Source: Gammaproteobacteria bacterium (GTDB lineage: Bacteria; Pseudomonadota; Gammaproteobacteria; JAKDMP01). Taken from it: a stretch of 40,266 bases of DNA. Shown here piece after piece: positions 27,659 to 36,802 of the stretch. The first letter of the stretch is position 1. Every line of letters starts with the position of its first letter. Both the position numbers and the translations under genes were made by a program. The notes beneath the pieces were generated by a model. That model worked only from the letters and a program-made list of their open reading frames with translations. It was not told the origin of the DNA and did not search any database. The stretch is from NCBI GenBank assembly GCA_030452225.1, contig JAKDMP010000003.1:1-40266 (forward strand), given 5' to 3'.

Positions 27659-28009
27659 TCAGCGTGCGTTCCGCAAGGCGCGGAACCAGCCGCCGGTCAC
27701 CACGAAGCGTGGAAACGTAAGCCACTGCTCAAAGAACAGCCGCGTGAGTGCATTGCCCGGCCCGGTAAAGGGGTCCGTAGGATTGGGTTCGGACTTGTGA
27801 CCACGCCCCTGGAGGGCCAGGGACAGGAGCATGGTGAATGCCCCGGCCGCCGCAATGATCCAGGCTTGCCCAAGCAGAGCGACGACGAGGGCGATGTTGC
27901 CCGCCAGAAACAGGGGCACCAGCAGGACATGAAGGATCAGATTGGCCTTCGACTGGTGATACTCCGAGTAACCGTTCAACTGTGTTTGCAGCACTTCTCT
28001 CAAATTCAT
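27659..28009 (-). CDS. Mpo1/DUF962-like membrane protein
   Basis: GAGGAG RBS before ATG 28009; YSEYHQ...NLILH...VP and LQGRGHKSEPNP histidine motifs. Confidence 0.72.
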   Translation of the reverse strand: MNLREVLQTQLNGYSEYHQSKANLILHVLLVPLFLAGNIALVVALLGQAWIIAAAGAFTMLLSLALQGRGHKSEPNPTDPFTGPGNALTRLFFEQWLTFPRFVVTGGWFRALRNAR

Positions 28010-28084
28010 GACTTCTCCTCCATGTGTATTCGGGACGATTCCTTGACACCGACCCCTTGCAGAGCAAGGGCGTCCAGAGCCAAT

Positions 28085-28126
28085 GTTTACGCTGTTAAGT
28101 TTAGCATTAATCTTTACATTGTCAAG
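28085..28126. promoter_or_regulatory. Two imperfect palindromic operators (consensus CTTGAC-N3-GTCAAG) overlapping divergent sigma70-type promoters
   Basis: GTTTAC-GCT-GTTAAG (28085-28099) and CTTTAC-ATT-GTCAAG (28112-28126). Minus-strand TTGACA-16-TAAACT with an extended TG; plus-strand TTTACA-16-CACAAT with an extended TG. Confidence 0.65.
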
Positions 28127-28147
28127 TTTTATGGCACAATGCCCATG

Positions 28148-28759
28148 ATGAGCAAAACCCACAGACCGGCACGCCCGTACCATCACGGCAACCTGCGCGA
28201 GGCGCTCGTGGAGGGCGCGGAGGCGCTGCTGAATGAAAGCGGCACGGAGAAATTCAGCCTGCGCGCGGTGGCGCGGCGAATCGGGGTTTCACCGGCGGCG
28301 CCCTATGCGCATTTTGAAAATCGCCAGGCGTTGCTTGCAGCGGTAGCCACGCGCGGTTTCAAGCGGCTGAGTGCATACCAGAAGCAGGCGGAAAATCGCT
28401 CGCAGGGCAGTGCCGAGTGGATGCACAGTCTGGCCCGGGGGTATGTCCGTTTTGCGGTGGATCATCCGATCCTGTTCCGCCTCATGTTCAGCGCCGAACT
28501 GGATGGTGTCGACGATGAAGCGCTGTGGGCGGCGGCGGATCAAAGCTATGCCTTCATCCGGACTGCCGTCGCCGACCGATTGTCACAAGCGGCTGATCGC
28601 CGCATGAATGCGGGCGCGGGCAGCCGGGGGGCATGGGCGCTGGCGCATGGCCTGGCCATGCTGATCGTGGATGGCAAGGTGGACTGGCCGCCCACCGAAT
28701 CGGTCCGGGACGCGATGATCAATGAAATAGCGGGCGTCTATTCGTCGGGTCTGCTGTAG
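28148..28759 (+). CDS. TetR/AcrR family regulator with WHG-type C-terminal domain
   Basis: YHHGNLREAL, HTH FSLRAVARRIGVSPAAPYAHF, YVRFA..HP.LFRLMF, AWALAHGLAML. Start at 28145 or 28148. Confidence 0.93.
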   Translation: MSKTHRPARPYHHGNLREALVEGAEALLNESGTEKFSLRAVARRIGVSPAAPYAHFENRQALLAAVATRGFKRLSAYQKQAENRSQGSAEWMHSLARGYVRFAVDHPILFRLMFSAELDGVDDEALWAAADQSYAFIRTAVADRLSQAADRRMNAGAGSRGAWALAHGLAMLIVDGKVDWPPTESVRDAMINEIAGVYSSGLL

Positions 28760-28792
28760 CGAGGTACCCGGCACATCGGCGTTGGCTTGTTT

Positions 28793-29057
28793 CTACCGGC
28801 AGTTCAGGCGGCTGTGGCCGCGGCTGAGGTTGGCCGGCACTGCCGCCGGGCTCGCCATCGTCACTGAAACGATACTTTTGCCCCGGCCGCCGGGCCCGGC
28901 AGTTGGGGCTGGCCGAATGGTGGTCAACCGATTCCAGAAAAGTCATGGCCTGTGCTTCATCCGCTATCGACGCAGCCCGGGCGAGAAAGCGGCTCCTGCG
29001 AATGATGGTCTCGTGACGAGTGGTTTTTTGCCGAGCGTGAATGGGTTTTTCAGGCAT
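28793..29057 (-). pseudogene. yigZ: YigZ/IMPACT family remnant with an apparent internal deletion
   Basis: IRRSRFLA...FSDDGEPGGSAGQP matches the YigZ N-terminal domain, then similarity stops. A shifted frame gives NLSRGHSRLNCR*, resembling a YigZ C-terminus. Confidence 0.7.
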
Positions 29058-29096
29058 GCAGGCAGTTTGTCATTACAATTTGTGCAGCCTGGCAGA

Positions 29097-29675
29097 TCAG
29101 GGCAGGGCGTAACCGTGTTCGCGCAGGAGGCGCGCCGTGGCAATGAGCGGCAGGCCGGCGAGGGCGGTCGGGTCTTCGGTTTCGATGCGTTCGCACAGGG
29201 CGCTGCCGAGACTTTCGAGCTTGAGTCCGCCGGCGCAGTCGATCGGGTTTTCCTTTGCTACATAGCGACGAATTTCGTCCCGGTCCAGGGGGCGCAAATG
29301 GACGCGACTCTCGTCGAGATGAGTGACGGGCGTGTCGTTGCCCGATATGAGCAGGGCGATGGCGGTGTAGTAGGTGAGGATGCGCCCCGAGAATTGCTCG
29401 AGATACTGTTCTGCCGTACCGGTGTCTGCGGGTTTGCCGACTGGCTGACCGTTGAATGAGGCAAGCTGGTCGCCGGCCAGGATCAAGGCGTCCGCGCGCT
29501 GCCCGGCGGCGGCGCGGGCCTTGGCACAGGCGAGGCGCAGGCCGGCGTCTCCCGGCGTTTCGTTTGCCCGGAGACTCTCGTCCACCTCGGGGGCGAAGGT
29601 TTCGAACTCCACGCCCAGCCGGCCGAGGAGTTCGCGCCGGTATGGCGAGGTGGAGGCGAGTATCAGTGTGGGCAC
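29097..29675 (-). CDS. yceF: Maf family nucleotide pyrophosphatase, YceF type
   Basis: LILASTSPYRRELL, VDE, GDQ, GKP, DCAG.LKLESLG, DPTALAGLPL; divergent from yceD; GTG start after AAAGAGG. Confidence 0.9.
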   Translation of the reverse strand: MPTLILASTSPYRRELLGRLGVEFETFAPEVDESLRANETPGDAGLRLACAKARAAAGQRADALILAGDQLASFNGQPVGKPADTGTAEQYLEQFSGRILTYYTAIALLISGNDTPVTHLDESRVHLRPLDRDEIRRYVAKENPIDCAGGLKLESLGSALCERIETEDPTALAGLPLIATARLLREHGYALP

Positions 29676-29720
29676 GGCCTCTTTGACCACCGGTGGGCTT
29701 CCACAATACGATAACGAGTT

Positions 29721-30245
29721 ATGGATATGACGCCATGGAGCCGGCTCGACCTGGAAGCACTCGCCGATACCGGAGGGCATCTCGAAGGGCGGTTCGATGC
29801 GGCCGCGCTCGACCCGCGCCTGGCGGGCGCGCTCGACCGCGACGAAGTGACCGGGGAGGTGCGTTATGCGCTGGATTTTCAGCGGCTCGCCAACGGCGAA
29901 GTTGGGGTGCGCGGAGCGATTCGGGCGCGCCTGGGGGCGTGCTGTCAGCGCTGCCTGGAGCCGTTCGAGCTGCAGGTGTCGGCCGGCCCGCGTCTGCAGG
30001 TGTCGTCCACGGATGAGCGCGCGGAACCCGAGGAAGGCTGGGAGCCGGGCGACCCCGATCCGTCGCCGACGCTGGGGGCCCTGATCGAGGATGAACTGTT
30101 GCTTGCGTTGCCGCTCTCACCGCGCCACCCGGAAGCGGATTGCCCGGTGAGCGCCGCGGCCGGCGCCGTCCCCAAGACCGATACGCAACGGCCCTTTACC
30201 GGTCTGGCGCGTGCGCTGGCGGAGCGGGACGGACGCAAAGACTGA
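29721..30245 (+). CDS. yceD: YceD/DUF177 family protein
   Basis: [22 protein letters not shown]; upstream of rpmF. Confidence 0.9.
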   Translation: MDMTPWSRLDLEALADTGGHLEGRFDAAALDPRLAGALDRDEVTGEVRYALDFQRLANGEVGVRGAIRARLGACCQRCLEPFELQVSAGPRLQVSSTDERAEPEEGWEPGDPDPSPTLGALIEDELLLALPLSPRHPEADCPVSAAAGAVPKTDTQRPFTGLARALAERDGRKD

Positions 30246-30345
30246 GGATCTGCGCCTGGACGGCGACGATAATTGGCCCCCTTGTCGCTTGCGCAGCCCT
30301 TACGCGTTACAATATGCGGCATTTGACGCACTCCCCCGAATACCC

Positions 30346-30531
30346 ATGGCCGTTCAACAGAATCGCAAAACGAGCTCCAAGCGCGACCAGCGCCGCTCCC
30401 ACGATGCCCTCAAAGGGCCGACGTTGTCCCGTGATCCCACCACCGGCGAGCTGCATCGCCGCCATCATTTGAGCGTGGATGGCTATTATCGCGGCCGCAA
30501 GGTGGTCGACGTCGCTACGCCCGAAGACTGA
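30346..30531 (+). CDS. rpmF: 50S ribosomal protein L32
   Basis: [22 protein letters not shown]...GELHRRHH...GYYRGRKV. Confidence 0.96.
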   Translation: MAVQQNRKTSSKRDQRRSHDALKGPTLSRDPTTGELHRRHHLSVDGYYRGRKVVDVATPED

Positions 30532-30596
30532 GCCTGTCTCGGCCTTTATCCGCAACCCGGCCAAGCATCGAAACCGTCTTAAAGCCAATCTGAATC

Positions 30597-31634
30597 ATGC
30601 CGGCTCATGACAGGTCGATAAGCATTGCCATTGACGCCATGAGTGGCGATCATGGCCCTTCGGTGATTGTTCCGGCCGCTCTCGATGCGTTGAACGAGTA
30701 CCCACGGCTTTCCATCCAGCTTGTCGGCGACGAGCGCGCGCTCCGGGCCGTGCTGGATGACGCAGGCTCGGCGTTGCGCGAGCGCATCGAAATCAAGGCG
30801 GCGAGCGAAGTGGTGGCGATGGACGAATCGCCCCGCCACGCCCTGCGCTCGAAGCGCGATTCCTCCATGCGCGTCGCGATCAGGCAGGTCAAGACCGGTG
30901 CGGCGCAAGCCTGCGTGTCCGCCGGAAACACCGGTGCGCTGATGGCCACGGCACATTTCGTGCTCAAAATGTTGCCGGGCATCGACCGCCCGGCGATCTG
31001 TTCTGCGATCCCCACTGTCACCGGGCATGTCTACATGCTCGATCTGGGGGCCAACGCCGATTGCACTCCCGAGCATCTGCTGGAATTCGCGGTGATGGGT
31101 TCGGCGCTCGTCTCCGCCGTGGACGGAACTGCGGAGCCTCGCATTGGTCTTCTCAACATAGGCGAGGAGGAAATCAAGGGCAATGGTCGCGTGAAGCATG
31201 CCGCGCAGATGTTGTCGGCCTCCGGGCTCAACTATACCGGCTACATAGAAGGCAACGACATTACCTCGGGCAAGGTCGATGTGATTGTCAGCGACGGCTT
31301 CGCCGGCAACGTTGCGATCAAGTCCATCGAAGGCACGGCAAGTTTCATTGCCCTCATGCTGCGCGAGGAATTCCGTCGCCACCCTATCGCCAAATTGGCG
31401 GGGCTGATGGCCTGGCCCGTCTTGCGTCGCCTGAGTCGCCGACTCAATCCGGGCAGCTACAATGGCGCGAGTTTCCTCGGGCTGCGCGGTATTGTGGTAA
31501 AAAGTCATGGTAGTGCGGATCGCCTGGGCTTCAAGACGGCCATTCGTGCGGCGATACTCGAAGTGGACCAGAATGTCCCAGAGCGGATTAGCCACATGCT
31601 GGCCGAGACGCATACCCCGGAGCTTGAGGCATGA
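30597..31634 (+). CDS. plsX: Phosphate acyltransferase PlsX
   Basis: IAIDAMSGDHGP, SSM, VSAGNTGALM, GIDRPA, LDLGAN, LNIGEEEIKG, DGFAGN, VVKSHG. Confidence 0.96.
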   Translation: MPAHDRSISIAIDAMSGDHGPSVIVPAALDALNEYPRLSIQLVGDERALRAVLDDAGSALRERIEIKAASEVVAMDESPRHALRSKRDSSMRVAIRQVKTGAAQACVSAGNTGALMATAHFVLKMLPGIDRPAICSAIPTVTGHVYMLDLGANADCTPEHLLEFAVMGSALVSAVDGTAEPRIGLLNIGEEEIKGNGRVKHAAQMLSASGLNYTGYIEGNDITSGKVDVIVSDGFAGNVAIKSIEGTASFIALMLREEFRRHPIAKLAGLMAWPVLRRLSRRLNPGSYNGASFLGLRGIVVKSHGSADRLGFKTAIRAAILEVDQNVPERISHMLAETHTPELEA

Positions 31635-32599
31635 GCTACGCGCGAATCATCGGCACCGGCAGCGCCCTGCCGGACCGCGTTTTGACCAATGCCGATCTCG
31701 AACGCATGGTCGACACCAATGACGAGTGGATTCGCACGCGTACCGGCATCGAAAGACGCCATATCGTCTCCGAGAACGAGACCACCGCCGATCTGGCCGA
31801 GACCGCCGCACGCCGGGCGCTCGATGCGGCAGGCGTAAGGCCCGAAGAGCTGGACTTGATCATCGTCGGCACGACGACGCCCGACTACATTTTCCCGAAC
31901 CTCGGCACGCTGGTACAGGATCGCATTGGTGCGAACGGCTGCGCGGCGGTGAGCTGCGAGGCCGCCTGCGCGGGTTTCCTCTACGCGCTCGGGATCGCCG
32001 AGAAATTCATCCGCGTGGGCGAGTCCGAGCGCGTGCTGGTCATCGGTGCGGAGACGCTTTCGCGCTTTACCGACTATACCGATCGCTCGACCTGCGTGCT
32101 TTTCGGCGATGGGGCCGGCGCCGTCGTCCTGGCGCCCGACGAGAAGCACGGTATCCTGCGCACGCAGCTCTACGCCGATGGCAAGTACCGCGATTTGCTG
32201 TATTTCCCCTCGGGTGTATCCAGGGGTTTCAACGATCTGAAATCCGGCAAGGACTTCGTCAAGATGCAGGGCAACGAAGTGTTCCGCGTGGCCGTGCGCG
32301 AATTCATCAGGGCGGCAAAAAATATTTTCGCCGCCACCGGCATGAGCCCCGACGAACTGGACTGGTTCGTGCCGCACCAGGCCAATCTTCGCATCATCGA
32401 AGCCGTCGCCAAGCGGGTCGGCATACCGATGGACAAGGTCGTCGTCACCATCCAGGAGCACGGCAACACCTCCGCCGCCTCCGTGCCGCTGGCCCTCGAC
32501 GTGGCCGTGCGCGACGGGCGCATCAAGCCCGGCCAGACGCTCCTGTTCGAAGCCTTCGGCGGCGGGTTTACCTGGGGGTCGGCCCTCCTGCGCTACTGA
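31631..32599 (+). CDS. fabH: 3-oxoacyl-ACP synthase III
   Basis: DTNDEWIRTRTGI, AACAGF (catalytic Cys), FGDGAGA, PHQANLRII, GNTSAAS, GGGFTWG. Confidence 0.97.
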   Translation: MSYARIIGTGSALPDRVLTNADLERMVDTNDEWIRTRTGIERRHIVSENETTADLAETAARRALDAAGVRPEELDLIIVGTTTPDYIFPNLGTLVQDRIGANGCAAVSCEAACAGFLYALGIAEKFIRVGESERVLVIGAETLSRFTDYTDRSTCVLFGDGAGAVVLAPDEKHGILRTQLYADGKYRDLLYFPSGVSRGFNDLKSGKDFVKMQGNEVFRVAVREFIRAAKNIFAATGMSPDELDWFVPHQANLRIIEAVAKRVGIPMDKVVVTIQEHGNTSAASVPLALDVAVRDGRIKPGQTLLFEAFGGGFTWGSALLRY

Positions 32600-32617
32600 T
32601 AAAACTCCAATTTATGC

Positions 32618-32655
32618 GTCATTCATGACGTTGCGAAGCGACGATCCGGAATGAC
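32618..32655. repeat. GTCATTC...GAATGAC hairpin (REP-like; could also act as a terminator or stability hairpin after fabH)
   Basis: 7-bp outer stem with inner CGTTGC-GAA-GCGACG; same termini as the 22120-22285 element. Confidence 0.55.
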
Positions 32656-32698
32656 AGGGCGTCAATTGATCGGCGCTGTCTAATTCACAGCTACGCGC

Positions 32699-32963
32699 TG
32701 CGTCGTTGGGCGCGCCGAGAAGCGCAGCCCGGCGCGAGAGAAAGGGCGACGTGTTTGAGGGCGAAGCCCGAGTTGTCGCCCGGCTCGTGGCGGGCGAGCA
32801 TCGCAGGGGAGCCGGAGTGCCGGCAGGCACGCAGGCCGCGCTCGTCGGCGCGCTGCTTTTGGTTACTTTTGGCGAAACAAAAGTAACCCCGCCCGGAGGG
32901 CAATCAAGCCGGCAAGATGCCGGCGCTCCGGATAGTTGCTTTCTCGGCGCGCTCCGCGGCGCA
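32699..32963. mobile_element. 265-bp non-coding element bounded by inverted repeats (MITE-like)
   Basis: TGCGTCGTTGGGCGCGCCGAGAA (32699-32721) vs 32941-32963, 19/23 complementary with a perfect 12-bp core; internal perfect 10-bp stem GTTACTTTTG-GCGAAA-CAAAAGTAAC (32862-32887). Confidence 0.55.
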
Positions 32964-33033
32964 GGAATGTCGGTATAGAGGCGGCCCGGCTTTCTGCTAA
33001 GCTTGCGACCTTGACCGATCGGGGCCCGGACGC

Positions 33034-34341
33034 ATGAGGCAACTCGCGTGGCTGAAGCGATTCTTCAGGCCGCTTCACATGCAAATCCTCGCGGCCCTCG
33101 TCCTCGCGGTGATTGCCGGCCAGTTGAGCGGCACGGATGCCGGCCTGTTCGGCGTCACGTTTTATTCCATCTACGACTTTTTCGGGCGCCTGTTCCTCAA
33201 CGCGCTGCAGATGCTGATCGTGCCGCTGGTGGCGGCCTCGATCATCACCGGTATGTCTTCGATCGGGAAATCGGGGCGTCTGGGAGGCGTCGGCGCGAAG
33301 ACCCTGATCTTTTATATCGTCACCACCTTGCTGGCCGTGCTGGTGGGGTTGGCCCTGGTCAACGCCGTGCAACCGGGCCTGTCAAACGGCCGGCCCGTGG
33401 GCGAGCAGCTCTCGCTCGATGCGAGCAGCGCCCAGGTGGCGCACAACATCAAATCCGGCAGCGCATCGGACGTGGTGGACGTCTTTATTCGCATGGTGCC
33501 GCCCAATATCCTCGATGCGGCGACCAGCAACAACGCGATCCTCGCGGTCATCTTCTTCAGCATCCTGTTCGGCTTTTTCATGACGCGGGTATCGGGAAAG
33601 CCCGGCGAGACCTTGCGGAATTTCTGGCAGGGCGTCTTCGAGGTGATGATGAAGATGACTCACTGGGTCATGCTGTTCTCGCCGATCGGGGTATTCGCGC
33701 TCGTCGCCAAGGTGGTTGCCGAAACCGGTTTCGCCGCGGCACTGCCGCTGGTAATTTTTGCCTTGACGGTCGTGGCCGCCCTTCTGGTGCAATCGCTCCT
33801 GGTTTTGCCCGGCCTGTTGTATTTCATTGGCCGCGTCAACCCGTGGAAGATGTACCGGGCCCTCTCGCCGCCGTTGTGGATCGCCTTTTCCACGGCCTCC
33901 TCGAACGCCGCCTTGCCCTCGAACATGGAGTGCACGGAAAAGAACGTGGGGGTGTCCGAGCGCATCACCAACTTCGTGCTGCCGCTCGGGGCGACCGTCA
34001 ATCAGAACGGCTCGGCCCTGTACGAGTGTGTGGCCGCCCTGTTTCTGGCCCAGGCCTACGGCGTGGAGCTGACCTTCGCCACGCAGTTCACGGTGGTGGT
34101 CCTGGCATTGGTCACCTCGATGGGCGTGGCGGGCGTCCCGGCCGCCTCGCTGGTGGCCATAACCCTGATCATGAGCGTAATCGGCGTGCCTCTGGAGGCG
34201 ATCGGCGTATTGTTTGTGTTCGACCGCATCCTCGACATGATGCGCACGGCCGTCAACGTCTTCGGCGATTCCGCCGGCGCGGTTGTGGTGGCGCGCCTGG
34301 AAGGCGAGACGGACTTCAAGGTTTCCACCGTGCCGGGCTGA
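33034..34341 (+). CDS. Dicarboxylate/amino acid:cation symporter (DAACS, GltP/GltT-like)
   Basis: FLNALQMLIVPLV, AFSTASSNAALP, LPLGATVNQNG, GVAGVP, DRILDMMRTAVNVFGD. Confidence 0.94.
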   Translation: MRQLAWLKRFFRPLHMQILAALVLAVIAGQLSGTDAGLFGVTFYSIYDFFGRLFLNALQMLIVPLVAASIITGMSSIGKSGRLGGVGAKTLIFYIVTTLLAVLVGLALVNAVQPGLSNGRPVGEQLSLDASSAQVAHNIKSGSASDVVDVFIRMVPPNILDAATSNNAILAVIFFSILFGFFMTRVSGKPGETLRNFWQGVFEVMMKMTHWVMLFSPIGVFALVAKVVAETGFAAALPLVIFALTVVAALLVQSLLVLPGLLYFIGRVNPWKMYRALSPPLWIAFSTASSNAALPSNMECTEKNVGVSERITNFVLPLGATVNQNGSALYECVAALFLAQAYGVELTFATQFTVVVLALVTSMGVAGVPAASLVAITLIMSVIGVPLEAIGVLFVFDRILDMMRTAVNVFGDSAGAVVVARLEGETDFKVSTVPG

Positions 34342-34436
34342 CGGCGCGGGATGCAGGCACACAGCAGCCGGCATCCGACCCGGCTCGGACCCGCTGAACG
34401 TCGTCTTGCCAGCGTTCGGCTTGGTAAAAGAGGCCC

Positions 34437-34458
34437 GTGGGGGCGAGCTTGCTCGCGA
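34437..34458. repeat. Single REP-like palindrome GTGGGGGCGAGCTTGCTCGCGA
   Basis: GCGAGC-TT-GCTCGC hairpin; shares AGCTTGCTCGCGA with 22533-22545. Confidence 0.6.
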
Positions 34459-34507
34459 CGGTTCGCGCGTTAAAATGGCCCATTGATGTCCCGGGATGGC
34501 TGCGCCC

Positions 34508-35212
34508 ATGAGCGAGTCCGTTTCCGACCTCTGGATTACGCCGTCGGTGCTCTCCGCCGACCTTGCCCGGCTGGGCGAGGAGTCGGCTGCGGTGCTGGCC
34601 GCGGGGGGCGATCGTATCCATTTCGACGTGATGGACAACCATTACGTTCCCAACTTGACCTTTGGCGCGCCGGTGCTCAAAGCCCTGCGCGATTATGGCA
34701 TTACCGCGCCGATTGATGCGCATCTCATGGTCAAGCCCACCGACCGGTTGATCGGGGATTTTCTTGAGGCCGGCGCCGCGACGATCCTGATTCATCCCGA
34801 GGCAACCGAGCACGTGGATCGGAGCCTGCAGAAAATCCTGGACGGCGGCGCCGCGGCTGGGCTCGTACTTAATCCGGCGACGCCGCCGGATGTGCTTGAT
34901 TTCGCGATGTGGCGGCTCGACTGGATTCTCGTGATGTCGGTCAATCCCGGGTTCGGCGGCCAGAAGTTCCTGCCCGAGAGTCTGCGCAAGATCGGCATGC
35001 TGCGCGAGAAGATCGAGAAATCGGGCCGCGATATTCGTCTCGCGGTGGACGGTGGCGTGGACGCTGAAAATATCGCCGCGATTGCAGGCGCAGGCGCCGA
35101 CACCTTCATCAGCGGCTCCGCGGTTTTCGGAAGCAGTGACTACAAGGCGACGATCGGCGCCATGCGCGAGGCACTTGCCGGGGTCGCGGCGGCCGGCCGG
35201 GAGACGCGCTGA
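34508..35212 (+). CDS. rpe: Ribulose-phosphate 3-epimerase
   Basis: [47 protein letters not shown]. Start at 34496 or 34508. Confidence 0.96.
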   Translation: MSESVSDLWITPSVLSADLARLGEESAAVLAAGGDRIHFDVMDNHYVPNLTFGAPVLKALRDYGITAPIDAHLMVKPTDRLIGDFLEAGAATILIHPEATEHVDRSLQKILDGGAAAGLVLNPATPPDVLDFAMWRLDWILVMSVNPGFGGQKFLPESLRKIGMLREKIEKSGRDIRLAVDGGVDAENIAAIAGAGADTFISGSAVFGSSDYKATIGAMREALAGVAAAGRETR

Positions 35213-36036
35213 TGGCCGCTCCGGAAGTGGGGCCGTCCGGCAAGTTGCGTTTGCATGGTTTCAACAATCTCACCAAGACGCTGAGCTTCAATTTTTACGA
35301 TATCTGTTATGCAAAGACTCTCGCGCATCGCGCCGAATACATCGCCTACATCGATGAGGAATACAACGCCGACCGGCTTACCAACAGCCTGACGCAGGTC
35401 GCGCAGATCATCGGCGCGTCGGTGTTGAACATTGCACGCCAGGATTACGAGCCCCAGGGCGCCTCGGTGACCATGTTGATTGCCGAGGAGCCCGTCAAGG
35501 TGCCGATCGGCGAGGATCTGCAGCCCGAGGCGCCCGGTCCGCTGCCCGAGTCGGTGGTTGCGCATCTGGACAAGAGCCACATGACCGTGCACACCTATCC
35601 CGAGAGCCATCCGTCGGGGGATATCAGCACGTTTCGTGCGGATATCGACGTGTCTACCTGCGGGGAGATTTCGCCGCTCAGAGCGTTGAATTACCTGATC
35701 CACGAGTTCGAATCCGACATCGTCACGGTGGACTACCGCGTGCGCGGCTTCACGCGCGATGTGGACGGCTGCAAGTATTTTCTCGACCACGAAATCAATT
35801 CGATCCAGAACTTCATGTCCGACGACGTGAGCGACGAGTTCCAGATGATGGACATGAACGATTACCAGAACAATACCTTCCATACCCGCATGACCCTGAA
35901 AAACTTCGATCTCGACAATTACCTGTTCGGTACGGGCGTGGAAGATCTCGAGGAGGAGGAGGCGGAGCGGATTCGTGCGCGCATCGAAACGGAGATGGAG
36001 GAAATCTTTTACGGCCGCAACGTGGCGGACGACTGA
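35212..36036 (+). CDS. speD: S-adenosylmethionine decarboxylase proenzyme (E. coli-type long form)
   Basis: [25 protein letters not shown], cleavage motif [28 protein letters not shown]. Confidence 0.96.
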   Translation: MAAPEVGPSGKLRLHGFNNLTKTLSFNFYDICYAKTLAHRAEYIAYIDEEYNADRLTNSLTQVAQIIGASVLNIARQDYEPQGASVTMLIAEEPVKVPIGEDLQPEAPGPLPESVVAHLDKSHMTVHTYPESHPSGDISTFRADIDVSTCGEISPLRALNYLIHEFESDIVTVDYRVRGFTRDVDGCKYFLDHEINSIQNFMSDDVSDEFQMMDMNDYQNNTFHTRMTLKNFDLDNYLFGTGVEDLEEEEAERIRARIETEMEEIFYGRNVADD

Positions 36037-36142
36037 TCCGACAGTCTGAATTCGCCAGCCCGGAGAAGACCGGCATCCACGATTCTTTTTTGGGCTGCGT
36101 TTGCGCCCGAGCGGCGGCGGAAAATCAGCGAGTCAAGGCAGG

Positions 36143-36802
36143 CTAGAACCAGTAGGCGGTTGTCGTCATGACGCGCGAGGTCGCCTTCATCGCGAGACGA
36201 ACCGGTGCCGGCGGGCGCTTGCCGCCCCGTGCCTTGGCCGCCTGGCCGTGATGCGCTTCATCCACGCGCATTTGCTGCAGGACGCGACGCGACGCCTCGT
36301 CCTCTTGCGGCAGGCGTTCGAGCTGGCCGTCGAGGTGATCGACGACCTGCCTTTCGGTCTCTTCGAGAAAGCCGAGGCTCATGCGGTCGCCGCAACGCCC
36401 GGCGAGCGCGCCGATGGCGAAGGAACCCGCGTACCAGAACGGATTGAGCCGGCTGGGGGTCGTGCCGAGCGCCGTCAACCGTGAGCGGCACCAGATCAGG
36501 TGGTCGTTTTCTTCCTCGGCGGCCTTTCGCAGGTGGTCGGCAATAGCCGGATCCCTGGCCCCGGTGCTTTGACCATGATACAACGCCTGGGCGGCGACTT
36601 CGCCGCTGTGATTGACGCGCATCAGCCGCCCCGCTTCACGGCGCGCGGCCGATGAAATTTTCCCATGACTGCCGGCGCGGGGGCCTCCCGCAGGGTTCGT
36701 ACGGCCGCTGCCCCGCGGCGCGCCGTACAGGGTTCGAAGGACCCGGTCGACACCGACGAGGAGCCGATCCAGTGGCGACAAGTTTGTTTGCGTGCCCATC
36801 AT
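36143..36802 (-). CDS. coq7: Demethoxyubiquinone hydroxylase (di-iron carboxylate)
   Basis: LMRVNHSGEVAAQALY, EEENDHL, LNPFWYAGSF, SLGFLEETERQVVDHL, DEAHH, YWF. Confidence 0.94.
   Translation of the reverse strand: MMGTQTNLSPLDRLLVGVDRVLRTLYGAPRGSGRTNPAGGPRAGSHGKISSAARREAGRLMRVNHSGEVAAQALYHGQSTGARDPAIADHLRKAAEEENDHLIWCRSRLTALGTTPSRLNPFWYAGSFAIGALAGRCGDRMSLGFLEETERQVVDHLDGQLERLPQEDEASRRVLQQMRVDEAHHGQAAKARGGKRPPAPVRLAMKATSRVMTTTAYWF

Noticed and set aside
27428-28147. Apparent 443-aa TetR fusion
   Set aside because: The upstream part is antisense to the two membrane-protein genes and crosses the promoter region; TetR similarity starts near 28148.
30346-30531. Cysteine-free L32 as a zinc-starvation paralogue
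   Set aside because: The zinc-free form is normal for gammaproteobacteria and the gene is in its canonical locus.
36037-36142. Possible terminator between speD and coq7
   Set aside because: A T-run and a CAGCCC/GGGCTG pair exist, but no compact stem directly precedes the T-run.
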